Origin: an uncultured Methanosarcinaceae archaeon
GTDB taxonomy: Archaea > Halobacteriota > Methanosarcinia > Methanosarcinales > Methanosarcinaceae
Direction: 5' to 3'
Assembly: GCA_963721455.1 (NCBI GenBank)
Contig: CAVRJG010000055.1
Location: 1 to 11,894, forward strand
DNA: 11,894 nt
Shown: positions 7,635-11,894 of the stretch, piece by piece
Numbering within the stretch: the stretch's first letter is position 1
Layout of the letters: every line of letters starts with the position of its first letter
Translations under genes and position numbers: made by a program
Notes under the pieces: generated by a model
Told to the model about the DNA's origin: nothing
Seen by the model: only the letters and a program-made list of their open reading frames with translations
Database searches by the model: none

Positions 7635-7889
7635 ATGGGCATATTGAGAAAGATTTTAGGCAAAGAAGAAACTGAAACAAAAAAGGAATCTAAAAAGGCT
7701 AGCGATGATGCAAATAGAGAGAAAACGAGGACACCTTCGCCGGTAAAAACATCAATCATTGATAAAGTTAGATCACAAAAGGAACAGAGTGCGAAGAAGG
7801 CACCAAAGGTTAAAGCTGAACGTGCAGCACAAAAAGCCGCTCAAAAATCAGCACAAAAATCAGCACAGAAAACAGTAAAGCGCAGATAA
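7635..7889 (+). CDS. Small Lys/Ala-rich basic hypothetical protein (84 aa)
   Basis: AGGAGG Shine-Dalgarno at 7621..7626, C-terminal AQK[A/S/T] x4 repeat, T-rich tract after the stop codon. Confidence 0.75.
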   Translation: MGILRKILGKEETETKKESKKASDDANREKTRTPSPVKTSIIDKVRSQKEQSAKKAPKVKAERAAQKAAQKSAQKSAQKTVKRR

Positions 7890-8149
7890 TTTGTTTCTTT
7901 TCTGGCTCTGTAGAAATTCTTTGAATTAACGAATTTCCATTAATTTGAACTGAATTGCCTGATATATTTGTTACTTATTTATTTTCAGCATCTTGCAGCT
8001 GATTTAAATAGGTTTTCTACAACGCCATAAATTGAAGCATATATAATGTGAAAAATGAGACTCGGAACACAAGTATGGGAATATACTAGGGAAAATACCA
8101 ACTTATTATTAATGGACCGTCAGAAATCCTAAAAAGCATAAAATTTGAA

Positions 8150-8170
8150 CCTGGAAAATGATCTTCCAGG
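8150..8170. terminator. Short hairpin between convergent genes, possible terminator
   Basis: CCTGGAA-N7-TTCCAGG, a 7 bp perfect stem downstream of the YVTN gene. Confidence 0.3.
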
Positions 8171-8178
8171 CCATACCA

Positions 8179-8257
8179 TTAACTACTCAAAGGCACAGGA
8201 CTGTGTCCTACCTTAACCGTGTATTCAATCGTTTTTGTAGCTATGTCAATTTACAGG
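8179..8257 (-). pseudogene. Orphan degenerate YVTN repeat just after the propeller gene stop
   Basis: Reads PV-(+1 nt)-IDIATKTIEYTVKVGHSPVPLSS*, compared with the last blade SVIDTTNNTVIASVKVGDFPLVIG. Confidence 0.7.
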
Positions 8258-8263
8258 GTAATG

Positions 8264-9286
8264 TTACTGTGCTGGTCCCTTCCCTATAAACTGCCCAATG
8301 ACAAGAGGGAAATCTCCTACTTTCACCGAGGCTATAACAGTGTTGTTTGTTGTGTCAATTACAGAGACAGTTCCTTCTGCGTTCACCACATATGCTTTTG
8401 TTCCATCTGGGGTGACTGCAACTCCAGAAGGATAGGCCCCTACAGGCACTGTGGCTTTAACAGTGTTGTCCATTGTGTCAATTACAGAGGTAGTGTTGCT
8501 AAATAAATTCGCTACATATGCTTTTTGTCCATCCGGACTGACTGCAACTCCCCAGGGCCCGGTTCCTACAGGCACAGTGGCTATAACACTGTTGTTCATT
8601 GTGTCAATTACAGAAGTTGTGTTGCTAAAGAGGTTCGCCACATATACTTTATTCCCATCTGGACTGACGGCAACTCCAATAGGACCATTTCCTACAGGTA
8701 TCGTGGCTACAACAGTATTGTTTGAGGTGTCAATTACAGAGAGATTACTGTTGTAAGTCATGTTCTCAATATAGGCTGAGCTTGCCACGTATACCGTTGT
8801 TCCCGTCGGGTTAACTGCAACACCAGCGGGATAGACTCCTACAGGCACTGTGGCTGTAACAGTATTGTTTGAGGTGTCAATTACAGAAATATTACTGTTA
8901 CCGTAGTTCGCCACATATACCTTTGTTCCATCCGGACTGACTGCAACTCCAGATGGATTGGTTCCTACTTTCACCGTATCTATAACAGTGTTTTTTGTTG
9001 TGTCAATTACAGAGACATCGTTACTGTTATTGTTCGCCACGTACACCTTTGATCCATCCGGACTGACTGCAACTCCCCATGGACTGGTTCCTACAGGCAC
9101 GGTGGCTGTAACATTATTGTTTGCTATGTCAATTACAGAAGTAGTATTGTTGCCCATGTTAGTAATATATGCAAATGGCGCCGCGCCTGCAATATTCACA
9201 AGCATTAAAAGCGTCAGCGTTATCATGCATAAAATTTTCATGGGAGTATTCCCCCGGCATTTTTTGTCAAGTGTCATTTCTTTCAT
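8264..9286 (-). CDS. Secreted YVTN-repeat (YncE-like) 7-bladed beta-propeller surface protein
   Basis: Signal peptide ...TLTLLMLVNIAGA|APFAYITN, then seven ~42 aa repeats of the form YVAN..SN..SVIDT..NTV.ATVPVG..P.GVAVSPDG. No PKD or anchor domain. GAGGGG RBS-like motif upstream. Confidence 0.93.
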   Translation of the reverse strand: MKEMTLDKKCRGNTPMKILCMITLTLLMLVNIAGAAPFAYITNMGNNTTSVIDIANNNVTATVPVGTSPWGVAVSPDGSKVYVANNNSNDVSVIDTTKNTVIDTVKVGTNPSGVAVSPDGTKVYVANYGNSNISVIDTSNNTVTATVPVGVYPAGVAVNPTGTTVYVASSAYIENMTYNSNLSVIDTSNNTVVATIPVGNGPIGVAVSPDGNKVYVANLFSNTTSVIDTMNNSVIATVPVGTGPWGVAVSPDGQKAYVANLFSNTTSVIDTMDNTVKATVPVGAYPSGVAVTPDGTKAYVVNAEGTVSVIDTTNNTVIASVKVGDFPLVIGQFIGKGPAQ

Positions 9287-9422
9287 TTTAAGACCCCTCG
9301 TATGATGTTTTGTATTATAATAACATACATATATTGAAAAACAAATAGATAAAATATACTATTAAAAGAAAAACATTAATATAAAAAGTGGATCTTAGTA
9401 GTCGACATAAACCAGTCCTCTC

Positions 9423-9553
9423 AGCAGTAGCTTATCACTATAACCGACAACCGAAAAATATGGGGCATATTAAATTTCAGAGCCTGTTATATGATATGAA
9501 ATTTCAAAAAGAATATTATATAACAGATAAGTAAAAGTTGATAAGCTACTGCT
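9423..9553. mobile_element. Putative 131 bp MITE (type B), right-arm copy
   Basis: Perfect 15 bp inverted repeats AGCAGTAGCTTATCA (9423..9437) and TGATAAGCTACTGCT (9539..9553). Internal 9 bp inverted pair CTGTTATAT/ATATAACAG (9484..9526). Confidence 0.62.
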
Positions 9554-9560
9554 CCTAAAT

Positions 9561-9691
9561 CTAACATCCAGGCTGCTTGTGCTCAGGCAGTAAAGGCAGC
9601 TCTACCACACTAATCAAAATCGGATTTTCTATCTCTTTTGCTCTTCAATCGTAAGTTCTTTTCGTTTCTTTGTAAGACCAAAAAGAGGAAA
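9561..9691 (-). pseudogene. Second copy of the degenerate marker 8 3' fragment
   Basis: Mirror of 2340..2470 within the right arm. Confidence 0.8.
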
Positions 9692-9815
9692 TTATATCTA
9701 TAGGGGGTTTGCTCTTCTGATATCTTGATTTGTGTTCAATTAACACAACTTTGATTTTTTACTCCTATCAAAAATTCAATAATTTCATTCTTAATAAAAA
9801 AAGATAAACTAATGT

Positions 9816-10666
9816 TTATTTCAATTCCCTCGGCTGCTTATGCTCAGGCACCACAGGCAGTTTCATGGTGTTGATTAAGATAGGACTTTTTATGTCCTTT
9901 GCCCTTTCAATTACAAGTTCTTTTCCTTTCTGTGTGAGGGCAAAAAGCGGGATCGCAGCCGCCACCTGGACAAGGGGCTTTGCAAGTTCCCTTATATATC
10001 TGGAGGCACAGCTGATTACTATATCCGAGTTTGCAAGAAGTCCCTCAACTTCTTCCCTGCTGACGCCTGTTACATGTACTGCAATCACTATCAGGTCAAG
10101 CCCGAGTTAGGTTCGAGTTTTCTCAGGTTTTTTGCGGTCTTTGAATCAGCTACGGTTACTGCAATCTTTTTGTAGCCGGTTTCTGCGGCCTTTCTTACTC
10201 CGTCGACAGGGTCGATGGGAGCGGTTGAAGGGTCGAGTACGGTTCCGCCGAGTTCCTGAATGCCATTTATAGTGCTTTCGATGGGCTCGGTTTCGATAAG
10301 GCCTGACATCCTGCCTCCGATACCCTGGACAAGAGCAGGGTTACTGGCAATAACAGTTCCTGCACCGTCGCAGGCAGTTACGGTTGTCTCAAGAAAACCA
10401 CTGCGTAAGCCTGACATCATTATTTCGGAGGCGCCGAAAGCCACATAGGTGTCAAGTTCGAGGAGCTTGCGCCTGTCAGTAAACATCCCTAAATCGCTTA
10501 TTCGGGATTCCATATTCTTTTTTACTTCTTCGGAAATGATATCCTGGATCCCTCTTAGCTTGGCAAAAAGAGGGCACCATTCAACGTCTGGAGTCCCGAC
10601 TTCCACAACCTTACCGTCTTTTATAACTACTCTTGTTTTTCCCAGCAGTTCCATTATATGAGGCAT
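9816..10666 (-). pseudogene. Frameshifted methanogenesis marker 8 (DUF2099) copy
   Basis: A 1 bp deletion at 10108/10109 (GAACCTGAACTC becomes GAACCTAACTC) splits the gene into the 191 aa and 90 aa ORFs of the track. There are also 8 amino acid changes relative to the left copy. Confidence 0.9.
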
Positions 10667-10691
10667 ACCAGTACACGTCCATTAAATTATA

Positions 10692-10741
10692 TTATTAGAG
10701 GAGATCTTATTAAAGGAGATCTTATTAAAGGAGATTTTATT
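10692..10741 (-). repeat. Tandem 15 bp repeat, right-arm copy
   Basis: AAAGGAGATCTTATT-type unit x3 on the plus strand; mirror of 1290..1338. Confidence 0.88.
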
Positions 10742-10743
10742 AG

Positions 10744-10874
10744 TAGCTCATCCCAAAACCAATTTTGTTCCCGTATTAATAAGAGTTTTCATACCTATTT
10801 TCATGATCAGAAACTCGATTGATTATTCCAAATTAGAGATTCAAAGAAGCAATTTTGAGTTTTGGGATAAGCTC
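10744..10874. mobile_element. ~131 bp MITE (type A) with IS5-type termini
   Basis: TAGCTCATCCCAAAAC (10744..10759) and GTTTTGGGATAAGCTC (10859..10874), 14/16 match. Flanked by TAG on both sides (10741..10743 and 10875..10877). The ends resemble the GAGCCTATCCCAAAA end of the adjacent IS5 element. Non-coding. Confidence 0.8.
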
Positions 10875-11046
10875 TAGATTACATTTTCAAGTAAGCTCTG
10901 CGAGAAAATTAAGGGAGTTAAAATTCACGTTCTTTGACGTTACTTTTTTTATAAATTATGGCATGTGGTTATATATTTATATTGTTGTAATAATAACTTT
11001 GTTATACCTCAAATGAGGGGGGGAATTATGGAAACAATTTATGATA

Positions 11047-11894
11047 GAGCCTATCCCAAAAGTAATATTATGTTGAAATTATAAATTTACATTTATGATT
11101 CCGTGAAATCGATGACGTTCTATGGAAATCAATTGAGCCTTATCTTCCTCCTAAGAACTACATACAGGAAGGCCACGTGCAAATATGAGGAAGCTAATGA
11201 ACGGTATTTTGTACGTCGTTATGACGGGTTGTACGTGGAAAGACGTTCCTCGTCACTATGGATCTAAGTCAACGGTTCATAGATTTCATCTTTATTTGTG
11301 TGAACATGGTACCTATCAGAAGATTTTCAATGAACTTTTAAACAAAGGTTACGACTTGAACAAAATAGATCTCTCTTATTGCTTTACAGATACAAAGGAT
11401 ATTCCGGCTAAAAAAGGGGGAATATCGGCTACGATGGACACAAAAAGATAAAAGGAATAAAATTAAGCGTTTTAGTAGACTTACAGGGTCTACCTCTCTC
11501 TATTATCGTTGTTCCTGCAAATATGAATGATTCAACACTTTATATACCTACACTTAAAAATTTCAACATAAAGAGACCTGTAGGAAGGCCTGTCAACAGG
11601 CCTTCCAAAGTAACAGCTGATGGAATGTATGATACAGCTAAAATTAGAAAATATAACAGGAGAAGAGGAATAAAGTCCAATATACCAGTAAATAGAAGAA
11701 ATCGGAAGAAAAAGAAGAGAGGAAGACCAATAAAGGTTGATCAGGAAGAATATAAAAAGAAAAGCATAGTAGAAAGGTTCTTTAGCTGGATAGAGTCATG
11801 CAAGAAAGTATTTCCAAGATATGAAATTAAAGAGACATCATATTTAGGAGTTGTAATGGTAGCAGCAATAATTAGATTAAATGAAGTTTTGGGA
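11047..11894 (+). mobile_element. IS5-family (IS427-like, two-ORF) insertion sequence; right IR cut by the window end
   Basis: Left IR GAGCCTATCCCAAAA preceded by TA. The start of the right IR, TTTTGGGA, is at 11887..11894. About 850 bp long. Confidence 0.9.
11095..11894 (+). pseudogene. IS5-family transposase (orfA/orfB joined by -1 frameshift), apparently damaged at the 5' end
   Basis: orfA: FREIDDVLWKSIEPYLPP/HTGRPR..NGILYVVMTGCTWKDVP..YGSKSTVHR..FTDTK. A6G5 slippery site at 11410..11420. orfB: GYDGHKKIKGIKL..VDLQGLPL..PANMND..TADGMYD..VERFFSW. ATG 11095 is out of frame with FREID, and a second frame break lies near 11156. Confidence 0.8.

Larger units (their letters stand above)
9397..10759 (-). 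repeat. Right arm of 1363 bp inverted repeat (partner 1272..2634)
   Basis: Reverse-complement match to 1272..2634 over its whole length, ~98% identical by eye. Confidence 0.96.

Noticed and set aside
8219-9305. Plus-strand ORFs over the YVTN gene
   Set aside because: Antisense shadows of the repetitive propeller coding sequence.
2635-9396. Recombinase-driven shufflon, prophage or defence island
   Set aside because: No integrase or invertase, phage gene or recognisable defence gene; the cargo looks like ordinary transport, regulatory and surface genes.
9816-10088. 90 aa ORF as an independent gene, or as a programmed frameshift product
   Set aside because: It is the distal part of the marker 8 copy after a 1 bp deletion, and there is no slippery sequence at the break.
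4-11894. Classical composite transposon formed by the two flanking ISs
   Set aside because: They belong to different families (IS256 and IS5) with unrelated ends.

Overview
AT-rich archaeal DNA, most likely Methanosarcina, inferred from the methanogenesis marker 8/DUF2099 gene, a YVTN beta-propeller surface protein, a TrmB-family regulator and the IS types. The window starts with a complete IS256-family element (4..1271) and ends inside an IS5-family element (11047..end). The main structure is a pair of ~1.36 kb inverted repeats, about 98% identical by manual comparison (1272..2634 and 9397..10759). Each arm holds, from outside in: the end of an IS5-type MITE, a 3x15 bp tandem repeat, a marker 8 gene (intact on the left, frameshifted on the right), a decayed copy of a marker 8 3' end, and a second 131 bp MITE-like element. 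The arms enclose ~6.76 kb carrying a 44 aa basic ORF missing from the ORF track, a minimal K+ channel, a GC-rich hairpin element, an ABC ATPase and permease, TrmB- and MarR-family regulators with a four-box palindromic operator array, an 84 aa Lys/Ala-rich ORF and a secreted 7-bladed YVTN propeller followed by a decayed extra repeat. The interior could be an invertible segment or a MITE-bounded composite element; this is inference only. All alignments were done by eye and no searches were run.
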